From Candidatus Omnitrophota bacterium (GTDB lineage Bacteria; Omnitrophota; Gorgyraeia; Duberdicusellales; 4484-171), in NCBI GenBank assembly GCA_018826075.1, contig JAHKAJ010000014.1, positions 20,066 through 84,065 of the forward strand: 64,000 bases of DNA, in the 5' to 3' direction. The translations under genes and the position numbers were made by a program. This document shows, piece after piece, positions 20,612-30,588 of the stretch (position 1 is the first letter of the stretch; the number at the start of each line of letters is the position of its first letter). A model generated the notes under the pieces. The model was not told where the DNA came from, made no database searches, and was given only the letters and a program-made list of their open reading frames with translations.

Positions 20612-21926
20612 GTTTAGCTTCCGGCCTAACCGTAACCAGCTTCAGGAGCTGGACCGCTTAGTCTTTGAGATCAGCCGCCGGGAAAAATTAAGCCCGGAAA
20701 AGATAATCGCTGATCTGCCAGAAAATATTCGATTTTCCCGCTTGAAAAATCTCCTGATCGGCCGGAGATTTCCCCTGGCAACAAAACAAGAAAAAATATC
20801 TACTCATGGCTTGTTCCTTAATGAACTTCCCAAGCCTCTGGTTGATAATTGGCAACCGAAAAGGGAATTTAAACCTTTAAAAATACTGGTCGAAAAAGAA
20901 GCTAAGCAAAGCCAGCTTTTGAAAAACTTTCAAAATCACTGCTCCGGGGTAGAAATCGAAGAAATCAAACTATACAGTGACTACTTAAAAAAACATAAGT
21001 TTGCGCTCAATGAGCTGAAAAAACCTTATATATTTATTGTAAAAGAAAGATGGGATTTTTTAAAACCCTGCCCCTGCACTAAGTATCATCTCGGCTGCGG
21101 CTATTGGATCTTAAACCTGGGCTTTGGCTGCCCTTATGACTGCTCTTATTGTTTTCTCCAGCATTACACTAACTCTCCGGGAATAGTCCTGCCGGCCAAT
21201 CTGGAAGATTTTTTTGAGCAGTTTGATAAATTTTCTCAAAAAATAAAGCTGCCGATACGGATCGGAACCGGTGAGTTTTGCGACTCTTTAGCCCTTGATC
21301 AGATAGCCGGATATTCAAAGATGCTAATCCCCTATTTTCAAAATAAAAACGTCCTGTTTGAATTAAAAACCAAAAGCACCAACATTAAAAATCTGTTAGA
21401 TTTAAGGGCCTCAAAAAACATCATCATCTCCTGGTCTCTTAGCCCTGAAAAATTGGCTGGCTCCGAAGAGCTTGCTGCGCCGGGATTAAACCAACGTTTA
21501 CAAGCAGCCCAAAAAATCCAAGCTGCCGGCTATAGCATCGGGTTTCATTTTGACCCGATTATTTATTCGCCAACCTGGGAAAATGACTATCAGGATTTAC
21601 TCAAATCTCTCTATCAGCAGCTAAAACCGCCTTTAGCCTGGATAAGCCTGGGGACTTTACGCTCAAACCGCCGGCTAAAAACCGTTTGCGAACAACGCTT
21701 TCCAGAAAGCAATATTTTTTACGGAGAGCTGCTGACCGGTGAAGACGGAAAACTACGCTACCCTGAATTTTTAAGACAGGAAATCTATCAAAAAATGGCC
21801 GGCTGGATAAGGCAGTACGATTCAAAAACTCCGGTCTACCTCTGCATGGAAAATAAATCCCTCTGGAAAACTCTTGGCGAATTCGACTCCTCCAAAAAAA
21901 TTGAAAAATATATCTTATCACCGTAG
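20574..21926 (+). CDS. spore photoproduct lyase-family radical SAM protein with N-terminal extension
   Basis: KPCPCT, GCPYDCSYCFLQ, GEFCDSL, ELKTK, HFDPII and YLCME. Confidence 0.85.
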   Translation: MDTNKLLQTIKDRFSFRPNRNQLQELDRLVFEISRREKLSPEKIIADLPENIRFSRLKNLLIGRRFPLATKQEKISTHGLFLNELPKPLVDNWQPKREFKPLKILVEKEAKQSQLLKNFQNHCSGVEIEEIKLYSDYLKKHKFALNELKKPYIFIVKERWDFLKPCPCTKYHLGCGYWILNLGFGCPYDCSYCFLQHYTNSPGIVLPANLEDFFEQFDKFSQKIKLPIRIGTGEFCDSLALDQIAGYSKMLIPYFQNKNVLFELKTKSTNIKNLLDLRASKNIIISWSLSPEKLAGSEELAAPGLNQRLQAAQKIQAAGYSIGFHFDPIIYSPTWENDYQDLLKSLYQQLKPPLAWISLGTLRSNRRLKTVCEQRFPESNIFYGELLTGEDGKLRYPEFLRQEIYQKMAGWIRQYDSKTPVYLCMENKSLWKTLGEFDSSKKIEKYILSP

Positions 21927-21951
21927 GGGCGACCCGGCGGGTCGCCCCTAC
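21923..21951. repeat. GTAG-family REP palindrome
   Basis: gtaggggcgaccc-ggc-gggtcgcccctac, with 13-bp perfect arms; its TAG is the stop codon of the SPL-like gene. Confidence 0.88.
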
Positions 21952-22005
21952 AATAACCCGTATCAAAACACCGTAACAACACGAATAACCTGGAATTTAG
22001 ATTTT

Positions 22006-23733
22006 CTAATATAATTTTCTTAGTGAGGCTTTGGGGTAGTAGTGTTTGAGGATTTCCTGGTAAGTATAGTTTTTCTCAGCCATGCTGATAGCGCCTTCCT
22101 GACAAAGACCGGTTCCGTGGCCAAAGCCAGCTCCCCAGAAAATAAGGAATTTGGGGACTTTGGCCGAAAAAGCTTTTATCTCTACGATAAAGGCGCTGCT
22201 GCGTAGATTGTCGAAGTAATTACGAATGGTTAGATCACCGCGCAAGATTTTCTTACCTTGAACAGTAACCACTTCTATCTCTTTATGATGAAAGCACTCT
22301 CCGCTTTCTTTCGATGATATTTCTTTTAGGTCAGCGAGTTTAAAACCAAAAGCAATCAAAAAATCCTCGGGGTCATAAATTCTCTGCCAGCGATAATTGG
22401 AAGCTTTAGCTCTTGAGCAAAAAGTTTCAGGGGGTTCAAGAAACCATTTTTCTTTGTTTTTAGAAATTTCATCAAAGGAGCCCTGACCAAAGTCTAGTTT
22501 ATTGGCCAAATATTTCTCCTGGCCAAAAACATCGCTGGCTAAACAGCCGCCACAATTGGAATGATAAAATGCCTCTATCGGCTGGCCGTCAAATTCAAGG
22601 ATCTGGCCGCTAGTTTCATCAACTGCCCGGATGGTCGCGGCAGTCTCAGCTGAGACTCCCTGGTAAACCTGGCAATGCACATCAGAACAGAAATCAAAAC
22701 CATCTTTTTTATGACGGCCGCGGTTTTTAAATACCAGGGTCCGGGCTGCCACAGCCTGGCTCTTTAAAGCCTGGGGGTGCGAATTCGGCGGGATCTCCGC
22801 TGCCAACACTCCGTAAAGATACTCTTCTACGCTGAGCCGGTTGATCAGAGTCAAAACTCCCTTTTCAGCTACTGCTTCGATATCACCCCGGTAGGCCCGG
22901 TCAACTGTCTTATGCCAAAAATTACCCTTTCCGTAAGTAATATCCAAAATATAAAAAGGATATTTTTCCGAGCCGGGGTCGGAAGAAAAAAGCCTGATTT
23001 GATTTAAAAAAACTCCCTGCTCTTTGTTGCTTTGATAGTCTTTTAAAATTAACCGGCCACTTTCTAAAATAACCGTATAAATAATTTTCGGCTCACCGCT
23101 GAAAGACACTTTTCCGTCGCTGGCAACAAACCGGCTTGGACAAGAAAAAGAAAATTGTTTTAGCTCTGTTGACAAACCTACTGAAACCTGGGAGATTTCC
23201 GGCTTGGGGGAATAAGCGGTTAATTTTACCTGTTGTCTCTGCTTATCGATAAGTTTCTTTTTAGCGGCAAAAAAATCTTCACCTAAGGTTTTTTTGACCT
23301 TATCCAATAATTTTCTTACCGGTCGGGCCTCCGGGTAAAAATTAATAGCCTTAGATAGATATTGGTAAGCTTGGCTATCTCGACCTTGCTTAGCCAGGCA
23401 ATCGCCAAGATAATAGTAGGCCAGCCTTAGGCTTGAATCAACTTTTATCAAACGCAGAAAAATATCAGCGGCTTGCCGATAGCGGCCCAGCCGGCGGTAG
23501 GCCTTGGCTAAACGAAATAAAGCCAGGCTGTTTTCCTGGATTTTGATCGATTTCTGATAACTTTTAATTGCCTTATCAGACTTGGCTGAATGTTCATAGC
23601 TTAAACCCAGATAAACCAGATCGCTCCAGCTTTTATCTTTAAAAGTATTCAACGACTCTGAAGATTGAGAAAAACTTAAACTCAGGTTGGTAGAAAAAAT
23701 CAGGGCCAGGATCAAAACCTTGGAAAGCTTCAT
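22006..23733 (-). CDS. TPR + SpoIID/LytB domain protein
   Basis: Signal peptide, TPR helices, EEYLYGVLAAE, QAVAART, CQVYQG and GFGHGTGLCQEGA. Confidence 0.88.
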   Translation of the reverse strand: MKLSKVLILALIFSTNLSLSFSQSSESLNTFKDKSWSDLVYLGLSYEHSAKSDKAIKSYQKSIKIQENSLALFRLAKAYRRLGRYRQAADIFLRLIKVDSSLRLAYYYLGDCLAKQGRDSQAYQYLSKAINFYPEARPVRKLLDKVKKTLGEDFFAAKKKLIDKQRQQVKLTAYSPKPEISQVSVGLSTELKQFSFSCPSRFVASDGKVSFSGEPKIIYTVILESGRLILKDYQSNKEQGVFLNQIRLFSSDPGSEKYPFYILDITYGKGNFWHKTVDRAYRGDIEAVAEKGVLTLINRLSVEEYLYGVLAAEIPPNSHPQALKSQAVAARTLVFKNRGRHKKDGFDFCSDVHCQVYQGVSAETAATIRAVDETSGQILEFDGQPIEAFYHSNCGGCLASDVFGQEKYLANKLDFGQGSFDEISKNKEKWFLEPPETFCSRAKASNYRWQRIYDPEDFLIAFGFKLADLKEISSKESGECFHHKEIEVVTVQGKKILRGDLTIRNYFDNLRSSAFIVEIKAFSAKVPKFLIFWGAGFGHGTGLCQEGAISMAEKNYTYQEILKHYYPKASLRKLY

Positions 23734-23736
23734 CGA

Positions 23737-24549
23737 TTAGGCTACCTTGGAACGGCCGATAACCGGGATCTTCCACTTATCGGCCAATGATAAAAAAAGC
23801 GGCTTATCTAAAATGATGACTTTGTCTTTTTCTAAAACCAAACCTCTAGCCTTAATACTTTTCAAAAGTTTTAAAGTTGAAATGCCTACCACCGGGACAT
23901 CAAAGCGTAAATCCTGGTTGCTTTTTGAGAACTTCAAGACCAAGCAGCCTTTGCCGGCTAGGCGGTAAGCCCGGTTTATTGCCCGGTCGGTTCCCTCCAA
24001 AGATTCTAAACCGACTACGCTTCCTTTTTTGACCACAATGGTTTGGCCGACATCAAGCTCGACAAAGCGCGAAATGACTTTCAAGCCAAAATCGATATCC
24101 TGATTGAGGTCGGAAAAATCTGCAAAATTCATCAATCCCTCTTTAGCTAAATCATCACTAAGGTAAACTGTAGAATCGAGGAAGTTGATGCCGACAGACT
24201 CTAAATCGTTGATTATGGCTTTAAATACGGCATGCGGGCGAAAATCACTGGCTGAACCGATCAAAGACTCCAGTTGCTTATCCCAGGATTTGCGGCGAAA
24301 AATATGCAAGGGGTTAATCTGGCCGGCCATTATCCAATCCTTTAACCCTTCAGCCTGGATAACCTCCTTTAACTGCCCGAGAGCCCCTACTTTTAACCAA
24401 TGGGCCTGATCAACATGATTTTCGATCGAAGGGTCTGTCTCACCGCGAAAGCAGATAGCGACCACTTTAGATTGTTTATCTTTTTGTTTGATCCGTTGGG
24501 CTAAAAGAAGAGGTAATTTGCGGTTTCCGGCAATAATTCCTACTCTCAT
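23737..24549 (-). CDS. lpxI: UDP-2,3-diacylglucosamine diphosphatase LpxI
   Basis: IIAGNRKLP, DVGQT, EGTD and DLRFDVPVVG; follows lpxA. Confidence 0.9.
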   Translation of the reverse strand: MRVGIIAGNRKLPLLLAQRIKQKDKQSKVVAICFRGETDPSIENHVDQAHWLKVGALGQLKEVIQAEGLKDWIMAGQINPLHIFRRKSWDKQLESLIGSASDFRPHAVFKAIINDLESVGINFLDSTVYLSDDLAKEGLMNFADFSDLNQDIDFGLKVISRFVELDVGQTIVVKKGSVVGLESLEGTDRAINRAYRLAGKGCLVLKFSKSNQDLRFDVPVVGISTLKLLKSIKARGLVLEKDKVIILDKPLFLSLADKWKIPVIGRSKVA

Positions 24550-24550
24550 T

Positions 24551-25327
24551 TCATTTACTCACTCCCCGCTTTGAAGAAGAAATAAAATCAATAAGATAGC
24601 TTATTTCTTTTTGCGAAGGTAAATTTTTAGCGATCAAAGCTTTAGCATTATCGAAAGAATGATTTTCAAAAAAAAGTATTTTGAAGGCTTTTTTAAGGTT
24701 ACTTATGGTCTTGGCAGATAATTTACCCCGGCGCAAACCCACCAGGTTAAGCCCGCAGACTTTTGCCGGATGGCCGTCAGACATCGAGTACGGCGGGATG
24801 TCCTGAACTACCTTGGAACAACCTCCGATAATTGATAAATCTCCCAGGCGACAAAATTGATGAATTGCCACCAGCCCTCCGATAACCACTTTATCCCCGA
24901 TCTCAACATGCCCGGCTAAAGTAGCCGCGTTAGCAAAAACATTATCACTGCCGACTGTGCAGTCGTGGGCAATATGCGAATAAGCCATGATCAAATTATT
25001 ATCGCCGACGCTGGTTTTAGAATTTTCCTCAGTACCGGGATTGATAGTGACAAATTCCCGGATACAATTATTCTTACCGATTATTAAAAAACTCTTCTGG
25101 CCGGTATATTTTAAATCCTGGGGAACGTTACCGATCACTGCATAGGGAAAAATATGGCAATTGGCGCCGATCTGCGTATATCCCAAAACCTGGGCAAATG
25201 AATCAATAACCGTATTCGGGCCGATCTTGGCATGTTCACCGATAATTGCAAAAGGGCCAATGGTAACATTGGCTGCCAACTGAGCACCGGGACTGACTAA
25301 GCTTTTAGGGGAAATATTACTGGACAT
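24551..25327 (-). CDS. lpxA: UDP-GlcNAc O-acyltransferase
   Basis: Hexapeptide repeats, PQDLKY, HIAHDC and HQFCR; start moved to the ATG at 25327. Confidence 0.94.
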   Translation of the reverse strand: MSSNISPKSLVSPGAQLAANVTIGPFAIIGEHAKIGPNTVIDSFAQVLGYTQIGANCHIFPYAVIGNVPQDLKYTGQKSFLIIGKNNCIREFVTINPGTEENSKTSVGDNNLIMAYSHIAHDCTVGSDNVFANAATLAGHVEIGDKVVIGGLVAIHQFCRLGDLSIIGGCSKVVQDIPPYSMSDGHPAKVCGLNLVGLRRGKLSAKTISNLKKAFKILFFENHSFDNAKALIAKNLPSQKEISYLIDFISSSKRGVSK

Positions 25328-25337
25328 AGAGATAAGA

Positions 25338-26651
25338 TTAAGTTTCAACCAGGGCAAACATCAACTCGGCTTCAGCAACCACTTTATTATCAACAAAGGC
25401 TTTGGTGTATACTAAACCGGTTTTACTGCGCACTTTACCGACAGTAACTTCAATAACCAGTTGGTCTCCAGGGACCACGGTTTTTCTGAATTTAATATGA
25501 TTGGCAGCCATGAAATAGGCAAGCTTTCCGCTATGCTCCGGGCAAGCCAGCATCAGCACTCCGCCGACTTGAGCCATAGCTTCGACTATCAAAACTCCCG
25601 GCATAACCGGGCGGCCGGGAAAATGGCCCTGGAAAAAATACTCATTCATAGTCACGCTCTTTATACCGACAGCTTTTTTGCCTTTATCCAAATAAGTTAT
25701 TCGGTCAACCAACAGGAAAGGATAACGATGCGGAAGGATTTTCATGATCTCTTCGATGTTTAACTCTGTACCCTTAGGAACATAAGCAGTCTGAGAGCTG
25801 ACTCCGGCACTTTTAGTTTTTTCCCGGTAACGGCGTAATTTATCTATAAGTTTTATATTCAGAGAATGGCCGCCGCGAATGGCGATTATATGCCCTTGTA
25901 TTGGGCCGGCTAAATAGAGGTCTCCGATCAGATCTAAAATCTTATGCTTGGCAAATTCATCAGGAATCCGGGTTTTATTATCAACTACCCCTTTTTCAGA
26001 AACAACCAGAGTATTTTTATGGTTGGCTCCTTTTCCTAAACCCATATCAAGCAATGACTTAACCTCATTTTCTAAACAAAAGGTTCTAGCTGTATAAAGA
26101 TCGTTTTTTAATTCACCGTTAAGGACAATATCAACATAACCCGAGCCGATAAGCGGATTATCATAACTAAGCACGTAAGATATCCGGCAGCTATTGTATG
26201 GTAAAACCACAATGCTTGATGAACCTTCTTCCACCCAAAGAGGTTCCTTGACAAGCAAACGGTCACGAAGCGCATCTTGTTGGTTTAAACCGACTTTCTG
26301 CAAAGCCTCGATAAAATCTTTAGCGCTGCCATCCAACCCGGGGACTTCTTCTCCCCAAATGTTCACCTGGACGTTATCGATCCCCAAAAGATGAAAAGCA
26401 GCCATCAAATGTTCAACGGTATGCACGTAAACACTAGTTGTCCCTACCGAGGTACGACGGGGAAATTTATCGGGATTTAAAACCGAATAAGGGCTGACCT
26501 TGATCAAAGCTGTGGAATCGATATCCTGCCTTAAAAAAGTTATTCCTGAATCGGGCGGCGCCGGAAGCATCTCCAGCTTAGCTTTGATCCCGGTATGCAA
26601 ACCAATTCCCTCTAAGGCTACTTTTCCGCTGAGTGTTCTCTGATTATCCAT
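25338..26651 (-). CDS. lpxC: bifunctional LpxC/FabZ
   Basis: GIGLHTG, TVEHL and HKILDLIGDL, followed by LPHRYPFLLVD and GHFPGRPVMPG. Confidence 0.95.
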   Translation of the reverse strand: MDNQRTLSGKVALEGIGLHTGIKAKLEMLPAPPDSGITFLRQDIDSTALIKVSPYSVLNPDKFPRRTSVGTTSVYVHTVEHLMAAFHLLGIDNVQVNIWGEEVPGLDGSAKDFIEALQKVGLNQQDALRDRLLVKEPLWVEEGSSSIVVLPYNSCRISYVLSYDNPLIGSGYVDIVLNGELKNDLYTARTFCLENEVKSLLDMGLGKGANHKNTLVVSEKGVVDNKTRIPDEFAKHKILDLIGDLYLAGPIQGHIIAIRGGHSLNIKLIDKLRRYREKTKSAGVSSQTAYVPKGTELNIEEIMKILPHRYPFLLVDRITYLDKGKKAVGIKSVTMNEYFFQGHFPGRPVMPGVLIVEAMAQVGGVLMLACPEHSGKLAYFMAANHIKFRKTVVPGDQLVIEVTVGKVRSKTGLVYTKAFVDNKVVAEAELMFALVET

Positions 26652-27687
26652 TTTTTCCAGTTAATCTATCCTCTAGTTCCTTCAACTTCTCTTCCAACTC
26701 TTTCACCTTTTTATGCATCTGGGGAAGGCTTTGCAGACAAGCATTTACCCGTTTAGCCTCATTGTGCGGTTTTGCCGGGTATCCGGAGACTTTGACTCCC
26801 GCAGGAACTGACTTGGTTACTCCGGCCTGGGCAGCGACTATCGCTTTATCGCCGATACGGATGTGGCCGACAAGCCCGGCTTGACCGGCTAAGATCACAT
26901 CTTTACCAATAATAGTACTTCCGGAAATTCCGGCTTGAGCCACAATAATACAGTTTTCACCAGTAACCACATTGTGAGCTATCTGGACCAGATTATCGAT
27001 CTTAGTGCCCCGGCCAATGATGGTTTTATCAAATCTGGCCCGGTCAATAGTGACATTGGCTCCGATCTCAACATCATCTTCGATCAAAACCGTTCCGATT
27101 TGAGGAATTTTTCTTTGGCTGCCGCAAACCTGTACAAAACCAAAACCATCGCTGCCAATAACTGCACCAGGATGGATAATCACCCGGTCATTCACTACTA
27201 CCCGGTTCATCAACGACACCTGGGGGTAAATAAGACAGCTCTTACCGATCTTAGCCTCCTGGCCGATATAGCAACCGCTGTAAATAGTTGTTCCTTTGCC
27301 GATGGTAACCCCTTTTTCAATAACAGCATAAGCACCTACTGAAACACCTTCGGCTAAAACCGCATCTTTAGAAATAACTGCCGTGGGATGAATACCTTCT
27401 GGATGCGTAAGGCTACCCGGCAATAATAGCTCTACAACTGCAGTAAAAGCCATCGAAGGATTGTCGGTCTTGATCAGGGGTTTTTTGGTGCTCAGCGGCT
27501 CCCGAGAAGTGATGACTGCCGAAGCTTCAGTATCCTGGATTAAAGAAACATATTTGGAATTAGCCAAAAAAGTTATATCTCCTTCTTTGGCTTCCTTGAT
27601 CCCGGAAATACCGGTAATCACGAGATCAGGGCTGCCGGTCAGCTCGCCATTCACTAAATCTGCAATCTGTCTAAGGGTAAAACGCAT
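26644..27687 (-). CDS. lpxD: UDP-3-O-acylglucosamine N-acyltransferase
   Basis: GSDGFGF, KIPQIG, IDRA and KIDNLVQIAHN. Confidence 0.95.
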   Translation of the reverse strand: MRFTLRQIADLVNGELTGSPDLVITGISGIKEAKEGDITFLANSKYVSLIQDTEASAVITSREPLSTKKPLIKTDNPSMAFTAVVELLLPGSLTHPEGIHPTAVISKDAVLAEGVSVGAYAVIEKGVTIGKGTTIYSGCYIGQEAKIGKSCLIYPQVSLMNRVVVNDRVIIHPGAVIGSDGFGFVQVCGSQRKIPQIGTVLIEDDVEIGANVTIDRARFDKTIIGRGTKIDNLVQIAHNVVTGENCIIVAQAGISGSTIIGKDVILAGQAGLVGHIRIGDKAIVAAQAGVTKSVPAGVKVSGYPAKPHNEAKRVNACLQSLPQMHKKVKELEEKLKELEDRLTGKNG

Positions 27688-27704
27688 CGGTACATTACTC
27701 GCGT

Positions 27705-27748
27705 AAAGAACAAAACCCGGTCAGAAAATCTGATTTCCCGACCGGGTT
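27705..27748 (-). terminator. intrinsic terminator or stabilising hairpin after skp
   Basis: Minus strand aacccggtcgggaaatc/gattttctgaccgggtt (G-U pairs on this strand), followed by a T-rich tail. Confidence 0.6.
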
Positions 27749-27758
27749 AAGTTCAAGT

Positions 27759-28265
27759 TTACTTCTTGTAATTTTTATTAGCTATTTTCAGGATATCAGA
27801 AGTGATATCCATTACCTTATCACCGTAAAGAACAGCATTTTCGTTGATGATCAAAGTAAAATCGTTTTTCTTTGCATAGGTATTGATGACCTTATCCATA
27901 TCATCAATAATCTCCTTCATCTTCTCATCTCTGGCTTTTTTAATATCGACAAAAGATGTCCGCTCTATCTCACGATATTCTTCCACCGCTTTAGTCAGCT
28001 TTTCCTGTTCTTTTTGTTTTTCGCCCTCTTTTATCACACTAAGCTTTTTCTGCATCTGTTCTAGATCAGCTTTCTTTTTGGTAAGTTTTTCTTCAGCTTC
28101 CTTTCGCTTTTCCTCTAAAGTAGCATCATATTTCTTGGTCTTTTCGTAATCGTTAAGAACTTTGATAATATCAACATAGCCAATCTTCAGATCTTTAGCA
28201 AAAATCGCCGGGCTAAAAACTCCGGTTAACCCAATCGCCAGAAAAACAACTAATAACTTCTTCAT
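27759..28265 (-). CDS. skp: OmpH/Skp periplasmic chaperone
   Basis: Signal peptide, KIGYVD, coiled coil and VLYG...DIT; lies between bamA and lpxD. Confidence 0.9.
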   Translation of the reverse strand: MKKLLVVFLAIGLTGVFSPAIFAKDLKIGYVDIIKVLNDYEKTKKYDATLEEKRKEAEEKLTKKKADLEQMQKKLSVIKEGEKQKEQEKLTKAVEEYREIERTSFVDIKKARDEKMKEIIDDMDKVINTYAKKNDFTLIINENAVLYGDKVMDITSDILKIANKNYKK

Positions 28266-28280
28266 CGCTCCCTCCTTAAA

Positions 28281-30551
28281 TTAGAATCCCCTACTTATGT
28301 TAAAGTGAAACCTTCCTTGCTTTTCGTCTTCGCCTGGCTCAAGGTCTAAAGGCCAGCCGTAATCAATACTTACCGGGCCGATCGGAGTCTTGACCCTTAA
28401 ACCTAAACCAATGCTTGATTTTAAATCGCCGCTTAAAAAATCTTTCTTTTCTTTCCAGGTATTTCCAGTATCAAAAAAAGTAGCGACTTTAATGAAACTA
28501 GCTAAAGGATAGGTATATTCAAAATTTGCTACAAATAAGGCTTCGCCACCGATAGGATCTTCAGTGACTGAATCTATCGGGCCGACTTTACGCTCACGAT
28601 AGCCCCTGACTGAAGCGGCGCCTCCGGCAAAAAACCGCTCATAGATAGGCACCTTTTCGGTATTGGAAAAAGGATCGCTAATCCCAGCCCGCAGGCGCAA
28701 TCCAACCACTGATTTATTTATCATCGGAAAATAAACATTAAAGTTGCCAAAGTATTTAACGAAATCCCGGTCTCCGGAAAACGGACCGCCAAAAAGCTCC
28801 AGGCTATTGACTAAATAAAAACCCTTAGACGGCGAGAAAACATTATCCCGGCTGTCGTAACTAAGTTGAACCCGGCCGCTGCTTAAATCAGTAATTCCGG
28901 CTTCATCTTTAAGTTCCTGTGTGGCGTCAGCTACAATGTCGGTTATTTTTACCCGCTCAAAACGATAACCAAGGTCGGCCTTCCATTGATCACTAAATTC
29001 TCGACCTAAACGTAAAGTGCCGCCGCGGATATCTTCTTCGTAAGCATAGCCTACATCTTCATCCTGCTGGTGGCCTTTTTTATAAACGTCAAAACCAAAA
29101 GACACCGGCTTGTCGAATATCCAAGGATTAGTAAAACTCAACTGGTATTTATCAGTCAATGTCCCCATGCTCACCTGTAAAGTCAGATCCTGGCCGGCAC
29201 CGGTAAAAGTCGACCAATTACGGTAGTCAAAATTGCGCTGGCGCAGTTCAACAAACCCGATAAATGCATCGATCGATGAATAGCCTCCGCCAAAACTAAG
29301 GTATCCGGTTTTAGCTTCCTTAACATCGACCACCAAATCAACTTTATCGCTTTCAGAACCGGGATCAGTACCAAAACGCATCTCTTCGAAAAAACCTAAA
29401 TTTTCCAAACGCTCCTTACTTTTCCTGACTTTTTTACCGTCAAACTTATCGCCGGGATAGATCCGGATCTCCCGGCGGATCACCTTATCTTTAGTTTTAA
29501 TATTGCCTCTTATTTCGATATCTTCGATGTAGGCTACCTGGTTTTCAACGATAGTATAATTTACATCTACTTTCTGAGTTTGGGGATTAAACACACTGCG
29601 TGGCTGAACCTGGGAAAAAATATATCCCCGATCAACATAAAGTTCTCTTATCTTTGAAGCGTCATAATAAACTGCCTGCTCACTAAAAACCGAATCGGTT
29701 TTTAACGCCAGGGCTTTGTAAATGTTCTCGGCTAAGAACTCATGGTTACCCTCTATGGTTACTTCCCCGATATGATAACGCTGTCCTTCCTCGACAACCA
29801 CATTAAGATAGATCCCTTTAGGCTTATAAACAGTGTTCACTTTGACCACAGCATCGCTAAAACCCTGCAGCTTATAGTAATCAGTCAAACGGTTAATATC
29901 ATCGGCTAAGACGTCTTCTTTAAAAATACCCCGATTAAATAACCAGGCCTTGCGGGTCTTCATCACCCGGAGGATCTTGCGAGTCGAAACATGGCTGTTG
30001 CCGATTGTTTGCACCCGGCGCACCTTCAAGATACCCTTTTCGTTTATCAGAAAAGCCACCGTAACCTCATTTTTGTCCTTGAGCGGTTCTAAATCGTAGG
30101 TTATTTCGGCCTGGAAAAAACCTTTAGCGGTATAGAGGTCTTTTATCTTGCGAGTGGCTTCTTTAAGGGAATATTCATCAACAAAAGAGCCTTCCTTTAT
30201 ATCCAGAAAACCCAAAATCTTGTCTTTCCTTATAAAACGCGCCCCTTCAACAGTTATTTTCTTCAATACCGGTTTTTCTTTGACTTTAAAAGTAATGGCT
30301 ATGCCTTCAGAAGATACCTCTTTCTTTGCTTCAACGGTTTCAAAGAATCCGGTGGCATAAAGGTTCTTGATATCTTCATTGACGATATTCTCATTATAAT
30401 CCTGGTTGGCCCGGATCTTTATCCGCGAAACAATCGTAGCATCGCTGACAATTTCGTTACCCTGGATATCGATGCGAGAAATCAGCTCCTGAGAGTAGGA
30501 TAGTAGGCTAAAACTAATCAGAAACAAAATTAAACAAATTATTTTTTTCAT
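28281..30551 (-). CDS. bamA: outer membrane protein assembly factor BamA
   Basis: POTRA repeats, VRGY motif, GPVSIDYG and C-terminal F; start moved to MKKIICL at 30551. Confidence 0.95.
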   Translation of the reverse strand: MKKIICLILFLISFSLLSYSQELISRIDIQGNEIVSDATIVSRIKIRANQDYNENIVNEDIKNLYATGFFETVEAKKEVSSEGIAITFKVKEKPVLKKITVEGARFIRKDKILGFLDIKEGSFVDEYSLKEATRKIKDLYTAKGFFQAEITYDLEPLKDKNEVTVAFLINEKGILKVRRVQTIGNSHVSTRKILRVMKTRKAWLFNRGIFKEDVLADDINRLTDYYKLQGFSDAVVKVNTVYKPKGIYLNVVVEEGQRYHIGEVTIEGNHEFLAENIYKALALKTDSVFSEQAVYYDASKIRELYVDRGYIFSQVQPRSVFNPQTQKVDVNYTIVENQVAYIEDIEIRGNIKTKDKVIRREIRIYPGDKFDGKKVRKSKERLENLGFFEEMRFGTDPGSESDKVDLVVDVKEAKTGYLSFGGGYSSIDAFIGFVELRQRNFDYRNWSTFTGAGQDLTLQVSMGTLTDKYQLSFTNPWIFDKPVSFGFDVYKKGHQQDEDVGYAYEEDIRGGTLRLGREFSDQWKADLGYRFERVKITDIVADATQELKDEAGITDLSSGRVQLSYDSRDNVFSPSKGFYLVNSLELFGGPFSGDRDFVKYFGNFNVYFPMINKSVVGLRLRAGISDPFSNTEKVPIYERFFAGGAASVRGYRERKVGPIDSVTEDPIGGEALFVANFEYTYPLASFIKVATFFDTGNTWKEKKDFLSGDLKSSIGLGLRVKTPIGPVSIDYGWPLDLEPGEDEKQGRFHFNISRGF

Positions 30552-30557
30552 TGTTAT

Positions 30558-30586
30558 ATTATATTCCCAACTCTGAACAAAGTCAA
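30558..30586 (-). promoter_or_regulatory. sigma70 promoter for bamA (probably leaderless)
   Basis: TTGACT-17-TATAAT, then 6 nt to the ATG. Confidence 0.7.
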
Positions 30587-30588
30587 CA

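Noticed and set aside
21601-21966. 121-aa antisense ORF starting MIRVIVGATRRVAPT
   Set aside because: It is the shadow of the SPL-like gene, and VGATRRVAPT is simply the translated REP palindrome.
25338-26651. LpxC-FabZ fusion (and the split transketolase at 38912-40682) as novelties
   Set aside because: Both are well-known architectures in many bacterial phyla.
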